A stretch of 64,000 nt of DNA from an uncultured Solibacteraceae bacterium (GCA_964529305.1 CAZGUX010000128.1:17347-81346), one strand, 5' to 3'. Positions 1 to 10,380 are shown, numbered from the stretch's first letter. The notes: generated by a model from the sequence alone, not told the origin. Program-made: numbers and translations.

Positions 1-1860
1 CGCGTCCAGGTCGTCGAAGCCCGCGTCCGCCACCTGCGCCGCGATCTCGGAAGCGAGGCCGCAAGGTCCAAACGCTTCGTCCACCACCAGCAGGCGCCCG
101 GTCTTACGCACCGAGGCGAGAATGGCCGCCGTGTCGAGGGGCGACACCGTGCGCGGGTCCACCACTTCCACCGATATGCCTTGCGCCGCCAACTCGTTCG
201 CCGCCGCCAGCGTCAGCGTCGCCATGTGCCCGATCGCGACCGCCGTCACGTGCGTCCCTTCGCGGTGCACGCGCGATCTTCCGAATTCGATCTCGTAGGA
301 TTCGGCCGGCACGGGGCCCTTGGCCGACATCAACTCGCGGGGCTCCAGAAACAACACTGGGTCATCGCAGCGTAGCGCGCGGGTGAACAGGCCTTTGGCG
401 TCGTACGGCGTAGACGGCACCACGACGCGCAGGCCCGGGATGTGGCTGTAGATAGAGTGATAACTCCCCGAGTGATGCGTCGCGGCCGAGTGGCCGATGC
501 CGATGCAGCCCCGCAACAATACCGGCATGGTGAGCCGGCCGCTGCTCATGTACTGCATCTTGGCGATCTGATTGATCAACTCGCCGAACGCGTCGTTGAT
601 GAAGTCGATGAACATGAAGTCGACGATCGGCCGAGTCCCCGTCATCGCGGCCCCGCACGCGAGCCCGACAAATCCGCGTTCGCAGATGGGCGTATCGCGC
701 AGCCGTTCGGCGCCGTACTTGGCGAACAGCCCGGTCGTGGTTCCAAAGTTCCCGCCGCGCGCCCCGATGCCTTCGCCCATCACGAAGATCCGCGGGTTCA
801 CATCCATCTCGTGGTCCAGCGCCTCCAGCGTAGCCGCGGCAAACGAAATCTCGCGGCCGGCGCCCGCCTCGGCCCGAGGCTCCGGGTCCCGCACCTCAGT
901 TCCCGAGGACGCGTAGACGTGCGTCACCGCCTCGCGCCCGTCGGGCCACACGGCCGTTTCCGCCTGCTTGCTGGCTTCCGCGACCGTCGCGGCGACTTCG
1001 GCGTCGATGGTATCCAGGCCGGCGGCTTTGGCCTCCCCGCCCTCCACGAGCTTGGCCCGATAGCCCTTGATGGGACAGCGTTCCCGCCATTGCGCTACGT
1101 CTTCGCGCGAACGGTAGGTGTAATCGCCCATTCCCTCCGCGTGCGGACGGGTGCGGTAGGTCTTGCATTCTAATAACGTCGGCCCCTCGCCCGACCGCGC
1201 CCGCGCGACGGCCTCTCCGGCCGCCCGCCAGATCGCCTCCACGTCGTTCCCGTCGAGCTGCACTCCGGCGATCCCGTAGCCCGCCGCCCGCGAAGCCACG
1301 TCCGGATTCCCCGCCGCGTACTGAAAGGGGACCTCGGTGGCGAACTGGTTGTTCTCACACACGAACAGCACCGGCAGCCTCCAGATGGCCGCCAGGTTGA
1401 GACCCTCGTGAAACGCGCCGTTGTTCACCGCGCCGTCGCCGAAAAACGCCACCGCCACCCGATCGGATTGCAGCAACCGGAAGCTATACCCCGCGCCCGC
1501 CGCCTGTAGGATGCACGGCCCGACGATGCCGCTCGTCCCCATCATGCCGATCTCGGGGGAAAACAGGTGCATCGACCCGCCACGCCCGCGCGAGCAGCCG
1601 TCGGCGCGGCCGAACAACTCTGCGATCAACTCGTACGGCGGCACGCCTTTGGCCAGCGCGTGACCGTGCCCGCGATGCGTGCTGAAGATCGCGTCGTCGG
1701 CGCGCAGGTGAGCGCACACTCCGGTGGCGATGGCCTCCTCGCCCACGTACGTGTGACAGGCTCCGTGCACCAGACCCCTCGCGTGAAAACGGGCCAGTTG
1801 CTCCTCGGTGGTCCGAATGAGCTGCATGGTGCGATACAGGTAGGTCCGCTCGTTCGTCAT
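1..1860 (-). CDS. TPP-dependent 2-oxo-acid (pyruvate/acetoin/branched-chain-type) dehydrogenase E1 component with fused alpha and beta subunits. The N-terminus is at 1860 and the C-terminus runs off the window start, so the gene is partial.
   Basis: My own reverse-strand translation from the ATG at 1860 reads MTNERTYLYRTMQLIRTTEE..LVHGACHTYVGEEAIATG..HRGHGHALAKG.. (E1-alpha TPP-binding region). It continues without a stop into a transketolase-like E1-beta region (..RDTPICERGFVGLACGAAMTG..EAFGPCGLASEIAAQVADAGFDDLDA). It is absent from the ORF track only because no stop codon lies inside the window. Its ATGA overlap with the SDR gene indicates an operon. Confidence 0.75.
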   Translation of the reverse strand, partial: MTNERTYLYRTMQLIRTTEEQLARFHARGLVHGACHTYVGEEAIATGVCAHLRADDAIFSTHRGHGHALAKGVPPYELIAELFGRADGCSRGRGGSMHLFSPEIGMMGTSGIVGPCILQAAGAGYSFRLLQSDRVAVAFFGDGAVNNGAFHEGLNLAAIWRLPVLFVCENNQFATEVPFQYAAGNPDVASRAAGYGIAGVQLDGNDVEAIWRAAGEAVARARSGEGPTLLECKTYRTRPHAEGMGDYTYRSREDVAQWRERCPIKGYRAKLVEGGEAKAAGLDTIDAEVAATVAEASKQAETAVWPDGREAVTHVYASSGTEVRDPEPRAEAGAGREISFAAATLEALDHEMDVNPRIFVMGEGIGARGGNFGTTTGLFAKYGAERLRDTPICERGFVGLACGAAMTGTRPIVDFMFIDFINDAFGELINQIAKMQYMSSGRLTMPVLLRGCIGIGHSAATHHSGSYHSIYSHIPGLRVVVPSTPYDAKGLFTRALRCDDPVLFLEPRELMSAKGPVPAESYEIEFGRSRVHREGTHVTAVAIGHMATLTLAAANELAAQGISVEVVDPRTVSPLDTAAILASVRKTGRLLVVDEAFGPCGLASEIAAQVADAGFDDLDA

Positions 1861-2672
1861 CGCCCCGCCTCAGTTCGGAGATGCCGGACCGAGCCGCCGC
1901 CGTTCAGTGCAAGATTGCCCCCGTCCATCGGAATCAGCGCCCCGGTGATCCACTCCGAGGCGTCCGACGCGAGCAGCACCGCCAGGCCTCTTATGTCATC
2001 GGGCCTCCCGAAGCGGCCGGCGGGAATGCCGCTCAGGAACTGGTCCCGGAGTTCTGGCGTCTCCGCGATGCGTTTCTCGAGGCTGGGGTTCAGGACCTGC
2101 GCGGGCAGGATCGCGTTGACCCGCACCCCTTGTCCCGACCACTCCGTGCTGAGTTCCCGCGTCATCTGCACCACCGCCCCCATCGCCATGCTGTACGCGA
2201 TGTGGCCCCGGCCCAATGCCGTGATGCTGGCCAGCGACCCGATGTTGACGATGCTGCCGCGCTTGGCCGCCAGCATGCGGCGTCCCGCTTCCTGGCACGC
2301 GCAGAACCGGCCCAGCACCAGGTTGCGCCACACCTTCTCGACGTCCTCCAGGCTGATGTCCTCCGGTGCGCCGTGAACCGCTTCGCCGGCCACGTTGCCC
2401 AGAAAGTCGACCCGGCCGAATTCGGCGTCGATCCGCTGGAACAACGTCTGGATCTGGGCCGGATGGGAGACGTCGACCACCGCATACTCCGCGCGGCGCC
2501 CCGCCTCCGCAATGCTCGCCGCCGTCTGGCGCACACCGGCTTCATTCCGGTCCACCACCATCAATTGGGCGCCCGCTTCTGCCAGGGCCATCGACATCGC
2601 TCGCCCCATTCCTTGGGCGGCTCCGGTGACAACGGCCACTTTGCCGGTCAGGTCAAATAGGGTTGGAGTCAT
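1857..2672 (-). CDS. SDR-family short-chain dehydrogenase/reductase.
   Basis: ORF of 271 aa with the TGAAQGMG Rossmann motif, catalytic YxxxK-like residues (Y..AMGA) and an NAILP..V motif. It overlaps both the downstream E1 gene and the upstream MFS gene by 4 nt (translational coupling). Confidence 0.85.
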   Translation of the reverse strand: MTPTLFDLTGKVAVVTGAAQGMGRAMSMALAEAGAQLMVVDRNEAGVRQTAASIAEAGRRAEYAVVDVSHPAQIQTLFQRIDAEFGRVDFLGNVAGEAVHGAPEDISLEDVEKVWRNLVLGRFCACQEAGRRMLAAKRGSIVNIGSLASITALGRGHIAYSMAMGAVVQMTRELSTEWSGQGVRVNAILPAQVLNPSLEKRIAETPELRDQFLSGIPAGRFGRPDDIRGLAVLLASDASEWITGALIPMDGGNLALNGGGSVRHLRTEAGR

Positions 2673-4006
2673 AGTCTGTCCGTCTCCCGACGAATCTCTG
2701 ATGATATTCGAACCTGTGGCGACTCAGAAAGGCCTCGCGGCACCCGCACAAAGCTCACGATCGCTCCTCCCAACAAATAGCATCCCGCCAACAAAAGCAG
2801 TCCGGTGCTGTCGGTCATGCCTCGCGCTCTCAGCCAGCCGAACAAGTGGTTTCCGAGATAGCCCGCCAGGTTGGCAAAGCTGTTGATGAATCCGATGCTC
2901 GCCGCGGCCGCCGACGCGGTCAGGGTGAGCGTCGGCAGCGCCCAGAACGGAGGAGGCCACGAGTGAGTCACCAGACCCGTAAGAAACAGCCACACCATGA
3001 CGGCGCTCAGCGGCTGCCCGGGCATCGTGCTGGCCGCCAGCAGCAACCCGGTGGCCACCTGGCCCGCTACGCAGTGCCACTTCCGGTCGCCGCTGCGGTC
3101 CGACGAATACCCCGAGTACAGAATTCCCACAAGGCCGCACAAATAGAACAGCCCGCTGTAGAGCAGCGCCGTTCGGTCTGACCCGCCCGAGAGGCTCTTC
3201 ACCGTAGTCGGCAGCCAGAACGTGAGCGCGTACCCGCCGGTGTTGGTCGCGAAAATACCCAGAGCCAACAGCCAGACAGTCGGCAGGCGCAGCGCCTCGG
3301 TCACCTTCAGCTTGCCCATCGCCTCCTTGGCCTCGGCTTCCCCTGCCAGCACGCCTTCCAGATGATCGCGTTCCTCCGCCGTCAGCCACGTGGCGTGCCG
3401 TGGGCGGTCCGTCATCACAAACAGAACCACAATCCCCAACACGACCGCCGGCAACCCCTCGATCAGAAACAGCCATTGCCAGCCCATCAGGCCGAACCAG
3501 TTGACGTCCAGCAGCAGCGCCGACACGGGCGCGCCGATCGCCAGGCTGAACGGGATCGCCACCACCAGGCCCGACATCGCCCGGGCGCGCTCCCGCACCG
3601 GGAACCAATGCGTGAAGTACACGATGATGCCGGGAAAGAAGCCCGCCTCCGCGACTCCCAGAAAGAACCGCACGACGTAAAACTCGATCGGGGTCCGGAC
3701 AAACGCCGTGCAGGCCGAGATCAAGCCCCACGTGATCAGAATCCTCGCGAACCATTTCCGGGCGCTCCAGCGTTCCACCAGCAGCGCGCCGGGAATCTCG
3801 AGCGTCAGATAGCCGAGAAAGAAGATGCCGATTCCGAGGCCGAAAACTTCGTCTGAAAATTGCAGGTCGTGGGCCATGCGCAGCTTGGCGAAGCCCACGT
3901 TGGCCCGGTCGAGGTAGGCCACCAGATAGAGGAGGATCACTAGCGGCAGGATGCGCCAGGCGACCTTGCGCCGCAGCGTAGCGGACCGTGCGGCATCCAA
4001 TGTCAT
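2669..4006 (-). CDS. MFS transporter of the anion/sugar-acid permease type (phthalate/galactonate-like).
   Basis: 445 aa with about 12 predicted TM helices and MFS signature regions (LDRANVGFA, GALLVERWSARKW). It is the first gene of the MFS-SDR-E1 operon on the minus strand. Confidence 0.8.
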   Translation of the reverse strand: MTLDAARSATLRRKVAWRILPLVILLYLVAYLDRANVGFAKLRMAHDLQFSDEVFGLGIGIFFLGYLTLEIPGALLVERWSARKWFARILITWGLISACTAFVRTPIEFYVVRFFLGVAEAGFFPGIIVYFTHWFPVRERARAMSGLVVAIPFSLAIGAPVSALLLDVNWFGLMGWQWLFLIEGLPAVVLGIVVLFVMTDRPRHATWLTAEERDHLEGVLAGEAEAKEAMGKLKVTEALRLPTVWLLALGIFATNTGGYALTFWLPTTVKSLSGGSDRTALLYSGLFYLCGLVGILYSGYSSDRSGDRKWHCVAGQVATGLLLAASTMPGQPLSAVMVWLFLTGLVTHSWPPPFWALPTLTLTASAAAASIGFINSFANLAGYLGNHLFGWLRARGMTDSTGLLLLAGCYLLGGAIVSFVRVPRGLSESPQVRISSEIRRETDRL

Positions 4007-4171
4007 CGCGTGACCCTCGACGATATCACAGTGCGGTGTGTTGGGTTACGGCTGCGCGCTCCGTTGAAAGTGCCGTCGGGCGACGGTGTTTGTCGCCCGG
4101 CGGGCGCGTACAGACGGAGCCGGCGGAGCCACTGTCTCGCCCCACTTCATCTCCCTTGCGGCAGCGAGGCG

Positions 4172-6355
4172 TCACTCCAGCTTCGACACTTTCAAGTTGT
4201 CGAAGTAGACCTCGAAGGGAGCATCGGCGTAGATTCCCGGGCTGCCTTGCCGGTTGGGAATGGTATCGATCTTCTCGATCGTCCAGTCGGCCGGTTCGGC
4301 CTCGGCAACGGGCCAGGCCTTACCGCGAGCCCGCGTCGTCCCGTCGGGCAGGTTCCGCACCTCGAGTTTCAGCCGGTACCAGGTGTTGGGTTTCCACGCG
4401 AACGCCTTCTTGATCGTGCGTTCGGTTTCCGGCTGCCACGACTCCAGTTCCAGCCGCTGGTGGTTGCCGAAGAGAATCAGCGCGTAGCGCTGTGCGATCA
4501 CTCCGGCATCTCCCATCTGTCTCCGTTTTTCCGTCGCCAGGACGCTGGCTTCCACGGCGTAGTTCGACAGGTTCGTCACGCCCATGTACGCGCGGGCGCG
4601 CTTCGTAAACGGGTTGTCGGAGAGTTTGACCAGCACCGGGTTGCCCTCGATGTCGCGTACGGTGAACTTGCCGGTGGCGTTCGCCCACTGCCGCGGCGGG
4701 CCCTTCAGATTCGTGAAGTCCTCCGACCAGGGAATCGGCTGCATCACGCGCCCGGTAGCCGCGGCCGACAGTCCGGCCGCCGTCGCTTTAATCTTCCCGG
4801 CCTGCCCTAAGGGCTCGCTCGATGCCTGGAATTTGCCATCGGTGATCGTGCCCTTCAGCCCTTCCAGCGACCACTGCGCCGGCTCCTCCCGAATGAACCG
4901 GCCCTCCGCGTCGAACAGCCGTGCCCGAAGCGCCACCGACTGCCCAGGCTGCAGGACCACATCCGCCGGCGCCACTTGCAAGTGCGCGGGCGTGGCGCCC
5001 GCGGGGGCCGCGAGCGATCCCGGGGCCTTGTACGGCAGCGCCGGCCCTTTCTTCTTGCCGATGGCATACGTGGCGTCCATCGTCACCAGAAACACCCGCC
5101 CCCTCGAAATTGCCGGCGAGGCGATAATCGCCTCCGGCGCCTGTTCGGTGCCGAGTTGGACTTCGCTCAACACTTCCGCCCGATCGGCGTGCGGCCGCAG
5201 GATCGCGAATTTGCCGTTCTCCGAGCCTATGTACAACTTGCCGTCGCCGTACACCGGCGAGGCCTTCTGTATCGTTCCCAGGTTGAACTTCCAGGCCGCT
5301 TTCCCGGTCTCCGCATCGAACGCCAGCAGGTTCGCCCCGTTGTCCGCCTGCAGGATCTGGCCTCCGGCGACGATGGGAGAGGAGAACCCGCACTGCACGC
5401 CCTTGTTCAGCCATTTGACCTTCTCCGGGCCGAACTTGCCTTTGGCCGTCGCGTCGATCGAACCCAGCAACCCCATGTCGCTGGAATCGAAGTTCTCTTC
5501 CGAGTGCGACACGATCACCTGGTTGCCGATCAGCACCACGCCCGTGTTGACCCCGCGTTTGGTCATCGGAAAACTCCACACCAGTTCCCCGGTCTGCGGT
5601 TTCAACGCGTGAACGGCGCCATCGCCCCCTCCGGCGATGAACAGCCGGGTTCCGTTGATGTTGGCGATGGTCGGCACCGAATAGGTCGTGTCGAACGGTC
5701 TTCCCGGCACGCTCGATACCCACACCGTGGCGCCGGTCTTTTTATCGAACGCCATGAAGCGATGCGACCCCCGGGCCGTTTCGCCCCACGCGGACGTGAT
5801 GCCGCTAATGATCACCAGATCTCCGTCGATCAACGGGGATACCGTCCGGCCGCCGTGCGTCGTCACCATCCCGAAGTCTTCGCCGAGAAAGCGTTCCCAC
5901 AGGAGTTTCCCGTCCATCGTCAGGCCGTACAGCGTTCCCCCGCCGGTGAGTGAATAGAGATTCCCCGTAGCCGGATCGCCTGCCGGCGACGCCCACGCGA
6001 TCCGGTGTGCCGGCACATCGCTCAGGTACATGTTGACGCGATGCTCCCACACGATCTTGCCGGTATCGGTGTCCACGGCGACCACGCGCTCCTGCAGGGT
6101 CTGGCCCTTCCCGGAACTCGTTTGGAGGAACAGCCGGTTGCCCATCACCACCGGAGCGGATCGGCCTCCGAAGGGCAGCTTCCACAACAGATTTTCGCCT
6201 TGCGGCGACCATTTGGAGGGCAAGTCTTTTTCGAGCGAGGTACCGTCGCGCTGTGGGCCGCGCCACTCCGGCCAGTCACTGCCAGAGGGCTTCCACTGCG
6301 CGAATGCCGCCGTAACCGCTAGCGAGAACGCTGCCAGGAGACGAAAAGTGTTCAT
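4172..6355 (-). CDS. Secreted PQQ-like beta-propeller repeat protein with a C-terminal DUF1080/concanavalin-like domain.
   Basis: 727 aa with an N-terminal signal peptide (MNTFRLLAAFSLAVTAAFA). It has repeated W-rich propeller blades (LLWK.., VWEHRV.., LLWERF.., VWSFP.., AAWKF..) typical of PQQ/BamB-like propellers. The C-terminal ~180 aa (..WYRLKLEV..IYADAPFEVYFDNLKV) resemble DUF1080. Confidence 0.7.
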   Translation of the reverse strand: MNTFRLLAAFSLAVTAAFAQWKPSGSDWPEWRGPQRDGTSLEKDLPSKWSPQGENLLWKLPFGGRSAPVVMGNRLFLQTSSGKGQTLQERVVAVDTDTGKIVWEHRVNMYLSDVPAHRIAWASPAGDPATGNLYSLTGGGTLYGLTMDGKLLWERFLGEDFGMVTTHGGRTVSPLIDGDLVIISGITSAWGETARGSHRFMAFDKKTGATVWVSSVPGRPFDTTYSVPTIANINGTRLFIAGGGDGAVHALKPQTGELVWSFPMTKRGVNTGVVLIGNQVIVSHSEENFDSSDMGLLGSIDATAKGKFGPEKVKWLNKGVQCGFSSPIVAGGQILQADNGANLLAFDAETGKAAWKFNLGTIQKASPVYGDGKLYIGSENGKFAILRPHADRAEVLSEVQLGTEQAPEAIIASPAISRGRVFLVTMDATYAIGKKKGPALPYKAPGSLAAPAGATPAHLQVAPADVVLQPGQSVALRARLFDAEGRFIREEPAQWSLEGLKGTITDGKFQASSEPLGQAGKIKATAAGLSAAATGRVMQPIPWSEDFTNLKGPPRQWANATGKFTVRDIEGNPVLVKLSDNPFTKRARAYMGVTNLSNYAVEASVLATEKRRQMGDAGVIAQRYALILFGNHQRLELESWQPETERTIKKAFAWKPNTWYRLKLEVRNLPDGTTRARGKAWPVAEAEPADWTIEKIDTIPNRQGSPGIYADAPFEVYFDNLKVSKLE

Positions 6356-6391
6356 AAGGGCTGACGGGTGACTTCCACATTATAGGTCGCT

Positions 6392-7168
6392 TCACCGGAT
6401 CGGCGAGAACGGCAGCGGGCGCAGCAGGCTGCCGCTGATGTTGGACACGATTTCGGCGTCGGTCAAACCCGGCGTCGCCCGCAGCTTGTGCCACTCCGGG
6501 TCGGCCAGAAACGCCTTCCACGCCTCCTCCCGCGCGGACAGCGAATCGAACGCCAGCATATACGTAAGGTTTGGCTGGTTCGCTCCCGCGATGGTTTCGC
6601 CGAAGAAGACCGGCAGCATTTTCGCTCGACGGAAGATCGCGATCTCGCCGTCGTCGAACATTCCGATCTTGCGCCTGGACGCCTTGGCGTTGTTGGCTTC
6701 GTACGTCCGCAGTTCGAACACTCGGGGCGCGCGTCCGGCCTCGGACTTGGGCGCCTCGATGGTGGGCATGGTGCGGAATCCCCGCATCAGCGACGATTCC
6801 ATCCGGATATAACTTAGCTCGGTCATCGAATCGAACGAGTCCGAGCCCTTCTGGTATTGCGAGTCGGCGGTCAGTTTCGCAAGCGTGGTTTCCATGGCGG
6901 CCAGGCTCGGGTAGCTGGTGAGAGAAACCGCAAATGGCATTTGCGGGGCGACCATTCCGGCGAAGAACCCCACCGGACCTGCTCCGGCTCGCTGTATGGC
7001 CGGCAGATAGGTCTTACTGAGGAACTCGTTCGTCCGTTCGATCTGCGCTCCGTTGCGCAGCCGGTAATAACGTAGCTCAAAAATCGCGGGTTTGCGTTCG
7101 GCGGGCATGGCGGTTGGTCTCGAAAAGGAAGTGGCCGCGGAGGCGGCCAGAAAATGACGGCGGTTCAT
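6392..7168 (-). CDS. NIPSNAP-family protein with tandem NIPSNAP domains and a TAT signal.
   Basis: 258 aa. It has an RRHFLAASAA twin-arginine motif and two repeats of the NIPSNAP-like pattern (IFELRYYRL..G.. and VFELRTYEA..). Confidence 0.7.
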   Translation of the reverse strand: MNRRHFLAASAATSFSRPTAMPAERKPAIFELRYYRLRNGAQIERTNEFLSKTYLPAIQRAGAGPVGFFAGMVAPQMPFAVSLTSYPSLAAMETTLAKLTADSQYQKGSDSFDSMTELSYIRMESSLMRGFRTMPTIEAPKSEAGRAPRVFELRTYEANNAKASRRKIGMFDDGEIAIFRRAKMLPVFFGETIAGANQPNLTYMLAFDSLSAREEAWKAFLADPEWHKLRATPGLTDAEIVSNISGSLLRPLPFSPIR

Positions 7169-7309
7169 TCAGCCTTGAGCGTAGCAGGAACCCGCAAGGC
7201 CTGACCGAAGCCGCCCTAGCCCTTCGCGCCCGAACCGTACGGCCCCAATCCGTGCGGCCCGCGGCTTGGCTGGCTTGACGCCGCTCTCCCGGCGCATCAA
7301 AGTAAGGTC

Positions 7310-9610
7310 GTGACCCCGATTCGATCCCGACTTTTCCCCACACCTCTCCTGCGCCTGCTGTTCATCCTCCTAGTCTCCGCGGGCGCGGGCTATGCGGCAA
7401 CGGTGGCCGAGTGGAATGCTTCCACGCACGCCAAGGCTGCCGGCATCCAATTGCCAGGACAGAACGCCAGTTGGCGGCTGGAGCAGTCCGCGGCCGGCGC
7501 CTTCGCCGCCCTCACACCCCTCAACGATTACTACCGCCGCGCGACCTTCGATGCCAAACTCGACAAGCCAACGCCGGCCGAGTCCTGGCTGGCGATCGCC
7601 TACCTGGACAAGGACTACGGGCTCATCACGCTGGGCACTCGCACGGGCCGTCGAGGCCGTTCGGGAATCAGCCCGCGGGATCAGTGGGGAATCGTCCGTC
7701 TGAACACCGGCAGGATTCGCCGCGCCGTGTTCCGCCTCCCGGAGGACACGTCCGAGTTGCACATCGCCGGCATCCAGCGCCTGTCGTCGCTGGCGATCAC
7801 CGTCGAGAAACCTCCGTATGAGGCCGCTCCCCTCGTGGAACCCGCCTTCAAGCTCAACCGCCCCCTCGACCTGGTCATCAACTCCGGCGCGGACGCCAAC
7901 ACCCTCGACGGATTACAGGACTCGCTGGCGAACCTCCGGAATCTTCTTCCCCTCGGCCGGGCTCTGGGGTTCAACGGCGTGGAAAGCTACGTCAAGTGGG
8001 CGTTCGTCGAGCGCTCGCCCGGCGTCTTCGACTGGAGCTTCTACGACGCCGTGGTCGCCGAATGCCAGAGGCACGGCATGCGCTGGTTTCCGCTCCTGAT
8101 CGTCGGCTCCGCCTACGCTCTGCCGGACTGGTTCTTCAACTCGCCCGAGCACTTCCGCTACAAATGCCTGGAGCATGGCCTGGAGACAGACATTCCCACC
8201 ATCTTCCACGATGCGCAGGTGAAGTACGTTCGCCGGTTCATGCAGGAATTCGGAAAACACTACGGGTCGAGCCCAGCGCTGCTGGGGATTCGCCTGGGTC
8301 CCACCGCCAACTACGGGGAAGCCCAATACCCGGCCACCGGCGCCTGGGGCTACAAGGGCCGGCCCCTCCACACGCACCTGGGCTATTGGGTGGGCGACGA
8401 CTACGCGGCCATCGCGTTCCGCCAGTGGCTCCGTCCGAAGTATCCGTCCATCGAAGATCTCAACAAAGCCTGGGGTGGAGCCACCTATTCTTCCTTTGAC
8501 AACGTCAAGCCGTTCCTGCCGATCACGGCGCTGAATCAGCGCATGCGCAAGGACTTTTCCACCTGGTACGTGGACGCCATGACCGAGTGGTGCGAAAAGT
8601 GGGCAACCTGGGCACGCGAAGCCATGCCCAACGTCACCATCTACCAATCGTCCGGTGGCTGGGGCGCGGTCGAGATTGGAACCGACTACATCGCCCACAC
8701 CAAAAGCATGGCGGCCCTCAAGGGCGGCGTCCGGCTGACGAATGAGAACGACAGTTACGTGAACAACTTCTGCGTCACGCGTCCGGTCGCCTCCGCTGCT
8801 CGCTTCTACGGAGCCATGTTCGGCACCGAACCCGCGGGATTCGGGAGCCGCCGCGGCGTCATGAACCGTCTGTTCAACATCGTCGCCAACAACGGGCAGC
8901 ATCTCTTTTTCTATCAGGGCAACCTCTATGACAACGATCAGGCCATCGACGGCTGGGTTCACAACGCGCCCTTGCTCGATCAACGCTCCCAGCCGGCCAT
9001 CGACGTCGGCGTGTTCTACCCCGACACGGCCAACAAACTGGACGACAGCATCATGCGCCATCTGGGCGGCTCCACTCTGTTTCAATCCGCCTACGCGATG
9101 CGCTCGGTCATGGACTACGACTTCGTCGGCGAGCAGATGATCCTGGACGGCGCCCTCGACCGGTACAAGGTGTTCGTGTTTCTCGCGGGCCGGGTCACCG
9201 AGAAGCCGGTGCTGGACCGCCTCGATCAGTGGATTCGTTCCGGCGGGATCGTGATCTACCCGGTGCGGGAAGGGTCTCGCCTGCCTCCGCTCTCCACCGT
9301 CGAAGGCGACTCCACCATCTATGAGCGGTGGCAGCGGGGCGATACGGGCAAAGGCCGCCTCCTGTTGTACAACTGGCATCCCGACCGGAAATACTACATG
9401 GCGTATCTTCGCAAAGTGCTTCGGGACCTGCCCGCAATCCGGCCCGAAATTCGCCGTGCCCTGTCGATGGAGAAACCCGACGAGACCTATTGGAGCGTCC
9501 TGACCAACGGTAAGCTGGTGCTCTTGAACTACGGCGACGACCCGGCGGCGGTCCGCCTCTCCGGCGGCAAGACTCTCCGGATCGAACCTTATACGATCGT
9601 CATGGAGTAG
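7310..9610 (+). CDS. Secreted glycoside hydrolase, GH42-like: a TIM-barrel beta-galactosidase-like domain plus a trimerisation-like domain.
   Basis: 766 aa with a signal peptide. The TIM-barrel segment (GFNGVESYVKWAFVERSPGVFDWSFYDAVVAECQRHGMRWFPLL) resembles the GH42 family. The segment YKVFVFLAGRVTEKPVLDRLDQWIRSGGIVIY resembles the GH42 glutamine-amidotransferase-like domain. Family assignment is from memory of family motifs only. Confidence 0.55.
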   Translation: MTPIRSRLFPTPLLRLLFILLVSAGAGYAATVAEWNASTHAKAAGIQLPGQNASWRLEQSAAGAFAALTPLNDYYRRATFDAKLDKPTPAESWLAIAYLDKDYGLITLGTRTGRRGRSGISPRDQWGIVRLNTGRIRRAVFRLPEDTSELHIAGIQRLSSLAITVEKPPYEAAPLVEPAFKLNRPLDLVINSGADANTLDGLQDSLANLRNLLPLGRALGFNGVESYVKWAFVERSPGVFDWSFYDAVVAECQRHGMRWFPLLIVGSAYALPDWFFNSPEHFRYKCLEHGLETDIPTIFHDAQVKYVRRFMQEFGKHYGSSPALLGIRLGPTANYGEAQYPATGAWGYKGRPLHTHLGYWVGDDYAAIAFRQWLRPKYPSIEDLNKAWGGATYSSFDNVKPFLPITALNQRMRKDFSTWYVDAMTEWCEKWATWAREAMPNVTIYQSSGGWGAVEIGTDYIAHTKSMAALKGGVRLTNENDSYVNNFCVTRPVASAARFYGAMFGTEPAGFGSRRGVMNRLFNIVANNGQHLFFYQGNLYDNDQAIDGWVHNAPLLDQRSQPAIDVGVFYPDTANKLDDSIMRHLGGSTLFQSAYAMRSVMDYDFVGEQMILDGALDRYKVFVFLAGRVTEKPVLDRLDQWIRSGGIVIYPVREGSRLPPLSTVEGDSTIYERWQRGDTGKGRLLLYNWHPDRKYYMAYLRKVLRDLPAIRPEIRRALSMEKPDETYWSVLTNGKLVLLNYGDDPAAVRLSGGKTLRIEPYTIVME

Positions 9611-9811
9611 CCGGCTGCCCCTTCCAAACCGCGGCCGGAAGGCCGCGGACCCGCGTTTGGAGCCGCGTTTTGCCTCCCCTACGCAAAACCCGTGCAACGA
9701 ACGGAAGGTCGGATCGCCGCGCCGGGCCGGCAGGGTCGCCAGTATCGGAGAATGCCCCTTCCCCTCCAACCCGATTCGCGCTATGGTCGAGGTGACAGGA
9801 GGGAGCCGCAG

Positions 9812-9988
9812 ATGCCTTCACGTCAAGCGCTATTCCTGATCGCGGCGGCGTTGTTGATGGGCGCGTCGGTCGCGCTCTCGGTGGCGTCGGCCGAACCCGA
9901 ACCCCGCCGGGGCCCCTTCCGCTTCGCGGCCTACGGCGAGTTGTTAGCCGGCCTGATGCTCGCCGGCCTCGGCCTGAGCCGCCTATAG
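9812..9988 (+). CDS. Small (58 aa) two-TM membrane protein.
   Basis: ATG at 9812 is preceded by a strong AGGAGGGA Shine-Dalgarno 7 nt upstream. The product MPSRQALFLIAAALLMGASVALSVASAEPEPRRGPFRFAAYGELLAGLMLAGLGLSRL has two hydrophobic helices. A GC hairpin lies downstream. Confidence 0.5.
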   Translation: MPSRQALFLIAAALLMGASVALSVASAEPEPRRGPFRFAAYGELLAGLMLAGLGLSRL

Positions 9989-10380
9989 CCTGGCGATCCC
10001 GTGTGCCCGGGGCACGTCTTCACTCCGTACCGAAGCCGGGGATGCCCTTGAGCCCACGGCGTAAAGCCGTGGGGTTGCCGATACCCTTCACTACTGCCGA
10101 CGGCCCACACCATCAGAGGCCCGACCGCAAGAGGGCAAGCGCTCGCGCTCGATTTTCGCACACGTGAATTCAGCGACGGGTTGCGCCTGACTCGATCCAC
10201 GACCGGCACGGAGGGGGTGCCTGTTTCTGGACGTCCTCCCACCCACATCCCTTGTTTCTTTATCTGGGGCGCTTGCGGGCGCGGCAAGGCGAACTCGCAG
10301 CGGTGACTTCTCGGGAAAATACAGAAACGCATGGCCGTCCTTCGGTGTTCTTGGTTCGCAAGGCCTGCGTAAGCGCTCCC

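Noticed and set aside
7913-9769. Long minus-strand ORFs listed in the track, fully antisense to well-supported genes: this 618-aa ORF, plus 35832-38003, 54801-57251, 61985-63889, 13311-14411, 18137-19663, 25911-27392, 28903-30129, 42336-43334, 22435-23985 and 31349-32824.
   Set aside because: They are high-GC antisense artefacts. Their products are Arg/Gly/Pro-rich with no recognisable motifs, while the opposite-strand genes carry clear family signatures. The ORF at 31349-32824 also runs across the tRNA.
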